Source: Polyangiales bacterium
GTDB lineage: Bacteria > Myxococcota_A > Polyangia > Polyangiales > Polyangiaceae
Direction of reading: 5' to 3'
DNA: 33,470 bases
NCBI GenBank assembly: GCA_038230375.1
Contig: JBBRNJ010000088.1
Location: 1 to 33,470, forward strand
The notes beneath the pieces are model-generated. The model saw only the letters and a list, made by a program, of their open reading frames with translations. It had not been told where the DNA came from and did not search any database. Position numbers and translations under genes: made by a program. Shown in pieces: positions 18,655-28,526 of the stretch (position 1 is its first letter; every line of letters starts with the position of its first letter).

Positions 18655-20307
18655 ATGCGCCGGCACCGCGAAGGTCTATCCGCACACGGCTCCGCCTTCG
18701 GCGTGGCTCTTCCGCTGGTACTGGTCACCGGCGTGGCGTGCGTCGTTGCCGTTGCGTGTGGGAGCGGGAATGCAACCGACGGGAGCGCCGAGGCCGGCTC
18801 GGGGCCGGACGACGATGCGGCGGCTTTGCCGGGGGACGGAAGCAACTCGCAAGACGACGCAGGCATCTTTGCGGACGCCGCTCGGGACGCCGCGGCCACG
18901 TGCGCCGCGGTCACCGACGTGTCGGACACCACCCTCCTCACGGCCGGTGCGGCGGGCGAGTACGTCCTCTCGATACCGGCCAGGTCCACGTCCAAGACCT
19001 CCTGGGGAACCGCCCAGAACGAGGCCCTCATCCTTGACGTGCGGCGCAACGGGACCTTCCTCGCGCATGTCGTCCTGCACCAGGGCCGGGCGCAGTTCGA
19101 TTACACGATGCACACCGGCGCGCTTGCCAAGGGCGACGTGTTGACGGCAAGGGTCTCCACGCTCTCGGCCATGAACGCAGCCCGCAGCGCGACCATCTGC
19201 GGCCCTTCGCTGGTGACGGCTGCGTCGTTCGGTGCCATGGCGGAGGCGATCACGCACGCGCCCATCTACGTCTGGCCGATCCCGAAGCGCTTCGACGACG
19301 TGCCGCTGGTGGTGTCCTATGCGCGCGGCAGCAAGGAGTTCGTCTCGTTCTTCACGAACGAGAACGGCGGGACCACGCAGCTGTGCGGCGGCGGTGCGGA
19401 TGGCCTGACGCAGGAGATCCGTCTCTGGGGTCGCGGCTCCGACATCGAGAGCTCCTACAACGGCGGAACCGGTGTCTTCGAGCGCTGCGGGAACGCCGGC
19501 GGCACCGGCACGCTGCGCATGGAGGCCACACACCCGTTCCTCTACTACGGCAACGGTCACAACAATCTCTTCGAGGATCGCTCTGGCTACGGAAACTCCT
19601 GCGGCTCTTCCTCCGACAACAAGGCCGACGGTGACTTCCCCGGCTGGGGCTCGGGGGTGTCGGGACCGAGCGACGACACCAAGTACTCGGTCGTGTTGCG
19701 ACCCGTGCCGTTCGACTCGGATGCCATCGCGTACTCGCTCGGCGGGGCGCCCCGCGAGCGCGTGATCGCGTCGTACGCGCCCTGGCTGCACCGGCTGACC
19801 GGTCTGGAGGTCGGGCGAGAGGGCAAGGTCGACAACGTCGAGACGTTCACCTTCGACCGCTACCTGCACGCCGACGTGTATGTCGCAGACGTCGACGGTC
19901 CGAACTTCATGTGCCCGCCCACGCTCCAGGGCGGCGGCTTCGTCCTTCGCTCCCACACCAAGGATGGAGCGACGGACAGTGCGGGCCGGATCACCACGTA
20001 TTCGTGCAGCGCACAGCAGTGGAAGCACGTGTCGATCCCGCTTGCCGCCACGCATGTCGCGTCCGACTTCGATCAGCTGATCTTCGACGCGTACGACAAC
20101 GATGGCATCTACATCCTTGCCGTTGGCGACGTGTACGTGGTCGCCGCCGATGGCGACAACGGCGCGACCGTCGGCAGCGTGCGGAAGGGCGCAAAGGTGC
20201 TGGGCCAGTACGTGGACGACGATCAGTCGGGCTGCGTTGCCGGCATGAGCACGTACAACGGCAAGATGTACCCGTGCGTCGCGAACCTCTACTCGTTCGC
20301 CCCTTGA
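18655..20307 (+). CDS. Hypothetical lipoprotein of unknown function
   Basis: Lipobox-like AVAC, a DAG linker and a ~450-aa globular region with several Cys; codon usage looks strongly GC3-biased. Confidence 0.78.
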   Translation: MRRHREGLSAHGSAFGVALPLVLVTGVACVVAVACGSGNATDGSAEAGSGPDDDAAALPGDGSNSQDDAGIFADAARDAAATCAAVTDVSDTTLLTAGAAGEYVLSIPARSTSKTSWGTAQNEALILDVRRNGTFLAHVVLHQGRAQFDYTMHTGALAKGDVLTARVSTLSAMNAARSATICGPSLVTAASFGAMAEAITHAPIYVWPIPKRFDDVPLVVSYARGSKEFVSFFTNENGGTTQLCGGGADGLTQEIRLWGRGSDIESSYNGGTGVFERCGNAGGTGTLRMEATHPFLYYGNGHNNLFEDRSGYGNSCGSSSDNKADGDFPGWGSGVSGPSDDTKYSVVLRPVPFDSDAIAYSLGGAPRERVIASYAPWLHRLTGLEVGREGKVDNVETFTFDRYLHADVYVADVDGPNFMCPPTLQGGGFVLRSHTKDGATDSAGRITTYSCSAQQWKHVSIPLAATHVASDFDQLIFDAYDNDGIYILAVGDVYVVAADGDNGATVGSVRKGAKVLGQYVDDDQSGCVAGMSTYNGKMYPCVANLYSFAP

Positions 20308-20320
20308 ACGCCATCAGAGC

Positions 20321-20983
20321 TCACGCTCGCGCAGGCGGGATCGCGATCGGCGTCACCAGCTTCGTGATCGGATCAAAGTCGATGACGGTGGGCTTTCGCT
20401 CGCACTCCCACGTGGTCACGTTCACGAACGCCGTGTCACGGTCGCGGAAGAGGCCGCCGTCCTGGTGAATGTGCCCGAAGAGGTGAAGCGCGGGCCGCAC
20501 CTGTCGCACGCGGTGAAGAAGATCCTCGCAGCCGGCCCTTCCGAACGTGGGGCCGCTGTCCCCGAATCCGTGCGGCGGACCATGCGTGATGAGTACGTCC
20601 ACGCCCACCGGGATCAGCGCCCACTTCGCCGCGAGCGGCGCGCCCCTAGGCAGGTTGTACGCCCAGTCGTTGTAGGCCGGCTGCCACGGGCTGCCCCAGA
20701 ACTTCACGCCGTCGATCTCGTGGGCCGCGTCCTCCAGGTAGACCGCGTCGCCCAGCATGGCCACGGCTGCGGCGCGCTCGTTCAGGAAGCACCAGTCGTG
20801 ATTGCCAGCGACGATGATCTTGTGACGGTGAGGCAGGGAGGCGATCCACGCCGCCACGCCCGCGAGCTCCTCTAGCGTGCCCCCGCGCAGTAGATCACCC
20901 GCGTGCACGAGCACGTCGCCGTCGGGGATCACCCCCAGATCTTTCTCGAACGTGTGCGTGTCCGCGACGGCGACAATGCGCAT
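20321..20983 (-). CDS. Calcineurin-like metallophosphoesterase (MPPED/239FB-like)
   Basis: All five metal-binding motifs are present: ADTH, HAGD, GNHD, THGPP, FGHIH. Confidence 0.93.
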   Translation of the reverse strand: MRIVAVADTHTFEKDLGVIPDGDVLVHAGDLLRGGTLEELAGVAAWIASLPHRHKIIVAGNHDWCFLNERAAAVAMLGDAVYLEDAAHEIDGVKFWGSPWQPAYNDWAYNLPRGAPLAAKWALIPVGVDVLITHGPPHGFGDSGPTFGRAGCEDLLHRVRQVRPALHLFGHIHQDGGLFRDRDTAFVNVTTWECERKPTVIDFDPITKLVTPIAIPPARA

Positions 20984-20986
20984 CGC

Positions 20987-22336
20987 TCAGCGTGCCTTGC
21001 GGACCGAAGACCGCTTCGGGCGCATCTCCAGGGCGAGCTGCAAGCCCGCGACAAGAGCGGCGTCTCTCGATACGCCCACCTGGTGCTGGACGACCTCTGC
21101 AACGAGTTCAGTCTTGCCTGCGCGAAACACGCAGCCATCGTCGGCGAGCCACGTGACAATGTCGTAGACGTGCTTGCCCTTCGCGTCGGCGATCTCCCGC
21201 ATCACCAGCGAGCGGATATTGTCGTCCTTCTCGGCGAAGAGCTTCTTCGCCGAGGTCGTGTCGTCGCCGTCGTATGTGCGGGCCATGAGTGTCACCTGTC
21301 GCGCTTGTGCCGGCGTGAGCTCAGCGAGTTTCCGCGGCGCCCAGGTACGTGTGCAGGTGAGCGCCACCGGCACAACGTGCTTCCGTGGCTGCTTCTTCGT
21401 GGGGGGCTCGACGAGGGCAGTCGCAATGGTCGGCACCCTCTTCGCGACCCTGGAGACTTCGGCGAGGACCTTGGCCGGATCCTTCAGCTTGTCCTTCACC
21501 GAGAGAATCAGGGCCGCGAGCTCCTTGCTCGGAACCAGGCGGAACACGGCGAGCAACCGGTTCACGGCATCGTCGGTCGCGGTGATCTTGAACACTCCGC
21601 CCAGTGCCTTGCTTCGCCAAGGCTCTGGAATTGTGCCGAGCACGGCCGCCACCGCGACCGGGTCGTCACCGGCGATCGCGGCAGCGAGGTCCGCCCAGGT
21701 GGCGTCGATGGAGCCTCCGCCCTGGATCACGGCGACAAGGGCTGCGGTGGCGAGGTACTGCGGAACGAACCCGATGCGCGAGTCATCCGTGGCTGTGCGC
21801 AGCTTGATGATGCGGTTCGCGGTTCGAGTGCCCCAATCGCCGTCGTTCTTCCCGATCTCTGCGCTCACCACGCGAGGGAAGCGAAGGCCGCGATAGGCGT
21901 CGAGATGGACATCCGCGAAGACTTCGAGGCGCTCAGCGAGCGAGAACCGCAGTCCCGAAACGAACGCCTTCCGCACGCCGTCCGTCTTGTCGTTGAGATG
22001 CTCGAGGGCGCGGTACAGCGGGACGCGCTTGCCGCGGAACGTGACTTCGCGCTCGAGGGCGCCAGGCTCGTCCAGACCGAGCCATCGGCGCCGCGACCAC
22101 ATTGCGTGCGGCAGTGCAAAGGCGCCGAAGCGCACCCATGCGCAGCCCGCCAGCACGTTCGCGACCTTTTGCTGCGCAGGCGTGAGCTCCGAGGGAAGCG
22201 GAACAAGCTGGCCGTCGTCCGGAAACGCCACCAAGGCGAGCGCCTTCTCAGCGTCCGCGTCAGCGCGCTTTCCCTTCGCGCTGGGGCGAAGACGCGCCAG
22301 GACGTTTGCAAGCTCCTTGGAATCGTCCGCGGTCAT
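20987..22336 (-). CDS. Hypothetical protein
   Basis: 449-aa ORF with protein-like composition, a GGAG RBS upstream and a 3-nt gap to the phosphoesterase. No motif recognised. Confidence 0.7.
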   Translation of the reverse strand: MTADDSKELANVLARLRPSAKGKRADADAEKALALVAFPDDGQLVPLPSELTPAQQKVANVLAGCAWVRFGAFALPHAMWSRRRWLGLDEPGALEREVTFRGKRVPLYRALEHLNDKTDGVRKAFVSGLRFSLAERLEVFADVHLDAYRGLRFPRVVSAEIGKNDGDWGTRTANRIIKLRTATDDSRIGFVPQYLATAALVAVIQGGGSIDATWADLAAAIAGDDPVAVAAVLGTIPEPWRSKALGGVFKITATDDAVNRLLAVFRLVPSKELAALILSVKDKLKDPAKVLAEVSRVAKRVPTIATALVEPPTKKQPRKHVVPVALTCTRTWAPRKLAELTPAQARQVTLMARTYDGDDTTSAKKLFAEKDDNIRSLVMREIADAKGKHVYDIVTWLADDGCVFRAGKTELVAEVVQHQVGVSRDAALVAGLQLALEMRPKRSSVRKAR

Positions 22337-22455
22337 CTGTACGTGGTCTCCAGGTGATCCGAGCGCGATCCACTCTACACGAGCAAGCTCGTGTCACGTC
22401 CCTGTAACCAAGTGTGACTGGCCGCAGGGCGGGGACCCACGGATAATGAAGGTTC

Positions 22456-23730
22456 GTGGACGAAGCCGTTGCATACTCGACACTCGCGCTGACCGTGACG
22501 CTTGCGGTGTCCCGCCCGCGCGTGGGGTTGCGTGGCATCCGCGTCACGCCTGGAGCCGCGGCGCTCTTCGGTGTGATGCTCCTGTTGCTCTCCGGGCTCC
22601 TGGGCGTGTCCGACATGCTCGCGTCGGCGCGTCTGCAGTGGCGCCCCATCGTCACGCTCGTCTCGATCATGGTGATGACAGGCGTCGTGCAGGAGGTCGG
22701 TGCGTTCGAGCGCGTCGCGCAGCGCATCGAGGTCTATGCGCGCCGCACGTCGCCGCAGCGCGCCTTCACGGCGATGTTCGCGCTGAGCCTGCTGACCCCG
22801 TCGCTGCTCAACAACGACGCCGCGATCCTGCTCCTCACGCCGCTATCCGTGACGCTCTCACGTCGCCTCTACCCGGACCAGCCCAAGGTGACGGAGGCGT
22901 TTGCGTTCGCCGTGTTCCTGGCGCCGGGCGTGGCGCCGTTCGTGATCTCCAACCCCATGAACATGATCGTCGCCCAGTTCGCGGGTGTCGGGTTCAACGC
23001 ATACGCGCTCGTCATGCTGCCCATCTCGTTGATGGGCGCGGCGGTCACGTTCGTGGTGCTGCGCCTTGTCTACGCGAGGACATTGCGCGAGGCCAAAAGG
23101 AGCGACGGCGCGATCACGATCCGTCCCGCGCACGCCGCGGAACGGCCGGTTGTTGCGCTGCTCGTCATCGTGTTCGGTGCATACCCGGTGATGTCGTGGC
23201 TCGGTGGCCCCATCTGGGTCGTCTCTGCCGCGGGCGCCGGTGCGGCCTACGTGCTCGCGCGCGCATGGGCGGTGGCGCCGACAAGGCGGCTCATCTCGCA
23301 CGTGTCGCCCGACATCCTGGTGTTCCTGTGGGGAGTGTTCCTGGTGGTCGTAGGGCTCAAGCACGTCGGCGTCATCGACCGCCTCGCAGCGTTCTACGAT
23401 CATGCACCGGTGGGCAGCGCCAAGGAGATCGCGGAGGTGGGTCTGGTGTCCGCGTTCGGCTCCGCGGTCGTCGACAACCACCCGATGGCGCTCCTCAACA
23501 TGCTCGCGCTGCAGAACCATGGCTCGAGCCGCGCACTGCTCGCCGCGCTCGTGGGCGGAGACATCGGCCCGCGCCTCCTCCCCATCGGCTCGCTCGCGGG
23601 CCTCTTGTGGATGCATCTCCTGCGGCGCGAAGGCGTGCACATCTCGATCGGCAAGTTCGTGCGGCTCGGGACCCTCACGGTGATCCCCGCGCTAGCCGTG
23701 TCGCTCTTGATGCTCTACCTCACGCCCTGA
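22456..23730 (+). CDS. ArsB/NhaD-family (IT superfamily) permease
   Basis: Highly hydrophobic; motifs LLNNDAAILLLTP, PFVISNPMNMI, VDNHP and IGPRLLPIGSLAGLLW. Confidence 0.88.
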   Translation: MDEAVAYSTLALTVTLAVSRPRVGLRGIRVTPGAAALFGVMLLLLSGLLGVSDMLASARLQWRPIVTLVSIMVMTGVVQEVGAFERVAQRIEVYARRTSPQRAFTAMFALSLLTPSLLNNDAAILLLTPLSVTLSRRLYPDQPKVTEAFAFAVFLAPGVAPFVISNPMNMIVAQFAGVGFNAYALVMLPISLMGAAVTFVVLRLVYARTLREAKRSDGAITIRPAHAAERPVVALLVIVFGAYPVMSWLGGPIWVVSAAGAGAAYVLARAWAVAPTRRLISHVSPDILVFLWGVFLVVVGLKHVGVIDRLAAFYDHAPVGSAKEIAEVGLVSAFGSAVVDNHPMALLNMLALQNHGSSRALLAALVGGDIGPRLLPIGSLAGLLWMHLLRREGVHISIGKFVRLGTLTVIPALAVSLLMLYLTP

Positions 23731-23737
23731 CGGCCTC

Positions 23738-25291
23738 TCATCGCTTTCCCAAGATCGCTTCGATCAGGCTGCGGTCTCCCTGCAATGCCGTTCGTTGCAT
23801 GTAGAATGCAAGTCCGCGTCGACCGCCGAGCTCTTCGCCGGCACCCGCGCGGCCCGGGCCGCCGTGGAGCATCTGCGGCATGACGGTGCCCGGCGGGATC
23901 GCCTGCGAGGCGATCTTGGACGAGCCGATGGTGACGCGACCATGATGCGCCGCGATGCCAAGGACCGCCTCACGCAGGAAGTCCTTGTCGTCCGAGTACA
24001 CCGACGTGACGAGCCCGCCGCCGCCCATCGCGACAACGCGCACCGCATCCGCCGCGGTGCCGTCGTAGCCAATGACGGTGGCCACGGGCCCGAAGACCTC
24101 GTGGTTGTTCACCGCGCTCTGAGCGGTCGCCGTGTCCAGGTGGAGCAGCGTAGGGAAGAAGAAGAACCCCTTGCCCTCGGCCGCACCAAGCGGCGCCTGC
24201 TCCTTCACCGAGTAGACGATCTTCGCGCCGTCCGAGAGGAGCGCCGTCCCAGAGCGCGCGTCTGCGAGCTGCTGCGCGGTGGCCACGGGGCCCATGTTCA
24301 CGTCCTCGCGCTCCGGGTTGCCGACCTTGATGGTGGTGAGCCGCTCCGTGAGCGCCACGAGCACCGCAGGGACCTTCTCGCGCGGCACGAGCACGCGGCG
24401 GATCGCCGTGCACTTCTGTCCCGTCTTCTGCTGCATGTCCCGCGCGACGTCGGCCAGGAACAGTCCCCACGCCTCGTCGCCTTCAGAGAGGTCGGGGCCG
24501 AGCACCGCGGCGTTCAGGCTGTCCGCCTCCACGTTCACGCGCACGGACCGCTCCACCGGGCCCGCGCCACGGCGCAGCGTCGCGCCGGTCTTGCTGCCGC
24601 CGGTGAATGCGATCACGTCTTGCCCGACAAGGTTGTCGAGCAGCGTCCCCGGCGACCCGCAGATGAAGGACAGCGAGCCCTCGGGCATGTTCGCCTCTGC
24701 CACCAGGAGCTCCATGATGCGATGCGCGACGAGCGCGGTGCTGGTCGCGGGCTTGCTCACCACGGGCATGCCGGCGAGCAGCGCGGTGGCCGCTTTCTCT
24801 GCCAGGCCCCACGCCGGGAAATTGAACGCGTTGACGTGCACCGCAACGCCGGCGCGCGGCGTGTAGACGTGCTGCCCGTAAAGGCGTGGGCTGCGACCGA
24901 GCTGAATGCCCTCGCCGTCGACGAGCACATGCGCGTCACCTAGTTCGGCTCCCAGGTCCGCGTACGCCGCGAGCGTGCCGGTGGCGCCGTCGATGTCGAA
25001 CTTCGCGTCGGAGCGCGTGTTGCCGCCGTTCTTGATCGCCAGGCCGATCAGCTCGTCGCGCTTGTCATGGATGGTGCGCGACATGGTGCGCAGGAGCTCG
25101 CCGCGCTCCCGGAAGGTGAGCTTTCGCAGGTTCAGACCGCCGACGGTGCGCGCGAAGGAGAGCGCGGCCTCGAAGTCCACGCCCTCGGTCGACGTCTCAC
25201 AGACCGTCTCCTCCGTAGAGGGGTTGAGAAGCGCGCTCTGCTTGCCCGTGCCCTTGACCCACTTGCCGCTCACGAAGCTCGAAAGTTGCAT
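23738..25291 (-). CDS. boxD: Aldehyde dehydrogenase of the BoxD / PaaZ-N-terminal type, probably 3,4-dehydroadipyl-CoA semialdehyde dehydrogenase
   Basis: Motifs HVNAFNFPAWG, KPATST, FTGG, VEADSLN, catalytic GQKCTAIRR, EVFGPV and HGGPGRAGAGEELGG. At 517 aa it lacks the MaoC domain of PaaZ, and a BoxR-like regulator lies nearby. Confidence 0.82.
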   Translation of the reverse strand: MQLSSFVSGKWVKGTGKQSALLNPSTEETVCETSTEGVDFEAALSFARTVGGLNLRKLTFRERGELLRTMSRTIHDKRDELIGLAIKNGGNTRSDAKFDIDGATGTLAAYADLGAELGDAHVLVDGEGIQLGRSPRLYGQHVYTPRAGVAVHVNAFNFPAWGLAEKAATALLAGMPVVSKPATSTALVAHRIMELLVAEANMPEGSLSFICGSPGTLLDNLVGQDVIAFTGGSKTGATLRRGAGPVERSVRVNVEADSLNAAVLGPDLSEGDEAWGLFLADVARDMQQKTGQKCTAIRRVLVPREKVPAVLVALTERLTTIKVGNPEREDVNMGPVATAQQLADARSGTALLSDGAKIVYSVKEQAPLGAAEGKGFFFFPTLLHLDTATAQSAVNNHEVFGPVATVIGYDGTAADAVRVVAMGGGGLVTSVYSDDKDFLREAVLGIAAHHGRVTIGSSKIASQAIPPGTVMPQMLHGGPGRAGAGEELGGRRGLAFYMQRTALQGDRSLIEAILGKR

Positions 25292-25386
25292 CTTGCACCT
25301 TTTGGTTGCGCAGGCGTCACCACCAGCGGCCAAGGGTCTAGCGGACTTCGGAGCGGCTTTCCACAGCCACGCCAGCGGTCAGGTCT

Positions 25387-26493
25387 TCAGTTGCAGGCGA
25401 CGGACACGGTCTGGGCGCCACCCGCCGACGGGTTGCACTGCCCCTTCGCGGGCACGGTGCAGGGCGTGGCCTGGATGGTGGAGCCGCACGTCTCGGTGCC
25501 GGCGGAGACCTGCGCCGAGCATCCGCACTCGGGGTACCCCGCAAGGCTCGAGCATGTGTAGAACATCGAGAGACCGGTGCACGCAGCGCCGCCGAGCACG
25601 GGCGCGGGCGTGGCCTGGCCGTCGCAGTTGTAGTCGAACGACTTGCCCACGCCGTAGGACGTGGTGAACGTCTTCAGCTGGCCGGGGAACACGTTCGCGT
25701 TCGTGTCGTCGCAGTCGCCGTTGGTCTGCGTGCCGTCGGCGGCAACGGTGGGACCGTAGCCCTTCGGGCAGGGCCCGCCGACAGCAGTGGTGGTGGTGCC
25801 CTTCGGGTTGCCCCATCCGTCGCCGTCCGCGTCGGTGTAGCAGGTGATCTGCTTGGCGATGCACTGTCCGTTGTTCATCTCGTAGTAGTCGTCGCAGAGG
25901 ACCCGGCAGGTGCTGTCGTAGTTGCCGGCGGCGTCGTTGAGCGTGCAGGCCGCGTGCGCGTGGGTGATCTTCGCCGCGTCGCATTTCGTGCAGGCCTTGC
26001 CGCACGTGTTGAGATCCTCGAGGCCGACGCAGGCACTGTTGCACGCGTAGCTCGTGACCGGATCGCACGTCTGCTCGCACCTGCGGTCCTTGCAGGAGAC
26101 CGTGGTTGCCTTCGGATCGATCGTGCAGTCGTTGGCGGTCTCGCAGCCCTTCACGCAGGTGCGCGACGGCACGTCGCAGCGCTGCTTCGCAGGGCAGTTG
26201 TCGTTGCTGGAGCAGCCGGGCTTGCACGTGTTGGTGCCCAGATCACAGTACGAATCGAGCGGACATGGACACGTAGCCGGCAGCACCGTCCCCCCATCGC
26301 TCTGTCCTCCACCGCCACCGCCGCCGCCACCGCCACCGCCGCCGCCTCCGCCTCCGCCTCCACCGTTTCCAGCGCCGCCCTCCGCGGTGATGTCACTGGG
26401 GGCCGCGCCAGCGCTGCAGCCCTGGGCCGCGATGATGCCCATGGCGACCGTGAGAGAGAGCGCGCACGCGCGTGAGAAGCTCGAAGTGTTCAT
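25387..26493 (-). CDS. Cys-rich lipoprotein with a MopE-like putative metal-binding motif
   Basis: Signal peptide ending AQGC, poly-Gly linker, tandem Cys-rich modules and CYTDADGDGWG...DCDDTNANVFPG...DYNCDG. Confidence 0.82.
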   Translation of the reverse strand: MNTSSFSRACALSLTVAMGIIAAQGCSAGAAPSDITAEGGAGNGGGGGGGGGGGGGGGGGGGGQSDGGTVLPATCPCPLDSYCDLGTNTCKPGCSSNDNCPAKQRCDVPSRTCVKGCETANDCTIDPKATTVSCKDRRCEQTCDPVTSYACNSACVGLEDLNTCGKACTKCDAAKITHAHAACTLNDAAGNYDSTCRVLCDDYYEMNNGQCIAKQITCYTDADGDGWGNPKGTTTTAVGGPCPKGYGPTVAADGTQTNGDCDDTNANVFPGQLKTFTTSYGVGKSFDYNCDGQATPAPVLGGAACTGLSMFYTCSSLAGYPECGCSAQVSAGTETCGSTIQATPCTVPAKGQCNPSAGGAQTVSVACN

Positions 26494-26506
26494 GGCGGCG
26501 GCGCAG

Positions 26507-26522
26507 TGCAAGCGGCGCGCCG
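26507..26522 (-). promoter_or_regulatory. Candidate sigma54 -24/-12 promoter for the Cys-rich lipoprotein
   Basis: The minus strand reads CGGCGCG-CCGC-TTGCA (GG-N10-GC), ending 13 nt before ATG 26493. Confidence 0.55.
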
Positions 26523-26697
26523 CGTGTCGCATCGCGGAGACGATTGGATTTTTCCGTGGCGAGCGCACGTCCCGGGAAGAAGCATTTTTCCGCGTCCTCC
26601 GCGTGGTCGGAAGAATCTTTCCGACGATGCGCGGTCTCGTCCGCTCTGGTCGCTCCAGAAGCCCCGTTTCCCGCTCGCGAACGCACTCCGGTATTGA

Positions 26698-26713
26698 TGG
26701 GCCCGTTCTTGCA
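26698..26713 (+). promoter_or_regulatory. Candidate sigma54 -24/-12 promoter for the divergent lipoprotein
   Basis: TGGGCCC-GTTC-TTGCA (GG-N10-GC), ending 12 nt before GTG 26726. Confidence 0.5.
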
Positions 26714-26725
26714 CTCGTGTTGCTC

Positions 26726-27922
26726 GTGCGGAACCGAGTCCTCTCCATCATCACGACGCTCGCTGCGTGCGCGTCACTCGCAGGTTGCGAAGGGCTCATC
26801 GGCGCCGACTTCAATCACCCTTCGGAGGTGAGCGACGACGGGGGAGCGGCTACCGGCGACGCGGGCGATCTGCCGGGCACTGGCAACGCGGAGGGCGGCG
26901 CGCACACGGACGGTGGCGGCATCATCAAGCAGCCGACGACGGACGCCGGGCCGGGCGCAGGCACCTACGCAGCAGCACAGGTCATGCTGGAGCAGAAGCG
27001 CTTCCCAGGTCCGCTCACGGCGCAGGGCTCGCGCGGCATCTGCACCGATACGCGCTTCGTCTGGCGCGATTCCGACGGAACGCTCCACGCGTGGACCGCG
27101 TCGTCGCAGACGCGCACGGACTACGCGTTCAAGGCGCCGCAAGGGCCGTCGTTCTTTCCGGGCGACACGTTCATCAGCGTGCCCAAATCCGACTACAGCG
27201 TGCTCGAGGTCTACGATCCGTCCGCGCAGAACGTCCTCGTTGGCTCCACGCCGTACAAGTACAGCTCCGCGGGGACGACCGATGGAGTCGTGCTTGGAAT
27301 GCAGACGGGTGGTGGCACCAAGGTCCAGCACTGGACGCCCGGGACCGGCGCCATCGACGACGTCTCGGCGATCCTCGCCACGTCCCAGCCGCCATCGTCG
27401 TTCGGCAACGACGAGCTCGTGATCCCCGCGAGCGTCACCATCCCTTACCCGCTCTACATCGTGAACGTGGTGAAGAAGACGACGTCGTCCGTCACGTTCG
27501 ATGGCTCGATCGGCATGTACGAGAGCATGTCCACGCCGCTCGGCCTCGTCACGTCGTATGCGCGCAGCGGTCCGGTGCCCAACATTCGTCTCTATCAGGG
27601 CAACTCCGACGCGAGCCGCGTGGAGATCGGCGACCAGCTCGCGAACATGCCCGGCCTCTACGCGGACAGCCCCGCCACCGAGCACAAGTTCCTCGCGCAC
27701 ATCACGCACGACGGGAACAGCCTGATCTACGCGAGCGCGTTCGGCATCTTCGCCTACGGCATGGAGCACGGCACGTTGAGCGCCCTGCAGCTCGGGCCGA
27801 ACCAGAAGGTCTACGTGCCCGATGTGCTCTGCGTGATCCCGTCCGCGCACCTCCTCATGTTCCGCATCCAGGGCGATGCGGTCGGTCAGGTCTGGGCCCT
27901 GCCGTTGACTGGGCTTCTGTAG
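26726..27922 (+). CDS. Hypothetical lipoprotein with a beta-rich mature domain
   Basis: GTG start, then RNRVLSIITTLAACASLAGC (lipobox LAGC), a DGG/DAG linker and a Ser/Thr/Tyr-rich globular region. Confidence 0.8.
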   Translation: MRNRVLSIITTLAACASLAGCEGLIGADFNHPSEVSDDGGAATGDAGDLPGTGNAEGGAHTDGGGIIKQPTTDAGPGAGTYAAAQVMLEQKRFPGPLTAQGSRGICTDTRFVWRDSDGTLHAWTASSQTRTDYAFKAPQGPSFFPGDTFISVPKSDYSVLEVYDPSAQNVLVGSTPYKYSSAGTTDGVVLGMQTGGGTKVQHWTPGTGAIDDVSAILATSQPPSSFGNDELVIPASVTIPYPLYIVNVVKKTTSSVTFDGSIGMYESMSTPLGLVTSYARSGPVPNIRLYQGNSDASRVEIGDQLANMPGLYADSPATEHKFLAHITHDGNSLIYASAFGIFAYGMEHGTLSALQLGPNQKVYVPDVLCVIPSAHLLMFRIQGDAVGQVWALPLTGLL

Positions 27923-27938
27923 CGCCGCGTAGGTCGGC

Positions 27939-28526
27939 TCAGTGCATCAGGAAGCCGGGCACCGTGTAGCCCATGCGGTGGAGCATGGCGGCGCCGCGGA
28001 TGCGCACGCTGTCGGACCGGTACCCGAAGTCGAGCGCGTTCGCGATGCGGTTGATCAGGTTGAAGAGGAACGCCACGTACACGGCCTCGATCAGCGCGGT
28101 GCGCTCCACGCCAGCGTCGAGCACGAGCTTCACGTCGGCGCGATCGATCGCGTCGGGCTCGCGCGTGAGCTTCTGGAGGAACCGGCACGTGGCCGTTGCG
28201 CGCGGGCCATGGCCGCCGTCTTCCCAGTTGCGGAGCGCGCCTGCGCCCAGCAGGTTCTCCGTGATCACCTCGTGCGTGCCCACGCAGAACGCGCACTCGT
28301 TCGTGGAAGACACGACAGACCCGAACAGCTCGCGCTCGCCTGCGCTCCACGCAGAGGGCCCGCGCATGGCCTCGCGCGCGAACGCGATGAACGGCCCGCC
28401 GAAGAACGCGGGCCGATGAAAGACGACCTTCACCACGTCGTCGGCGTCTGCGCCGAGCAGTCGCGTGAGTCGGATGAATGCGCGATGCGCGAACCGGTCG
28501 CCTCTGATGAGCGAAGGTAGACGCAT
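27939..28526 (-). CDS. AhpD/carboxymuconolactone decarboxylase-family protein with CxxC (putative peroxidase-related)
   Basis: WSAGERELFGSVVSSTNECAFCVGTH and FNLINRIANALDF; TGATG overlap with the upstream gene. Confidence 0.88.
   Translation of the reverse strand: MRLPSLIRGDRFAHRAFIRLTRLLGADADDVVKVVFHRPAFFGGPFIAFAREAMRGPSAWSAGERELFGSVVSSTNECAFCVGTHEVITENLLGAGALRNWEDGGHGPRATATCRFLQKLTREPDAIDRADVKLVLDAGVERTALIEAVYVAFLFNLINRIANALDFGYRSDSVRIRGAAMLHRMGYTVPGFLMH

Noticed and set aside
22456..23730. Arsenic resistance operon
   Set aside because: Only an ArsB/NhaD-family permease is present, with no arsR or arsC nearby; the substrate cannot be assigned.
25287..25310. BoxR/BzdR operator (TGCA repeats) at the boxD start
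   Set aside because: TGCA occurs twice but with 3-nt spacing rather than TGCA-N6-TGCA, and no matching site is seen upstream of the boxR-like gene.
26307..26363. Poly-Gly (GGN)n tract as a special repeat element
   Set aside because: It is an ordinary flexible linker after a lipobox with mixed Gly codons, like the other lipoproteins here.
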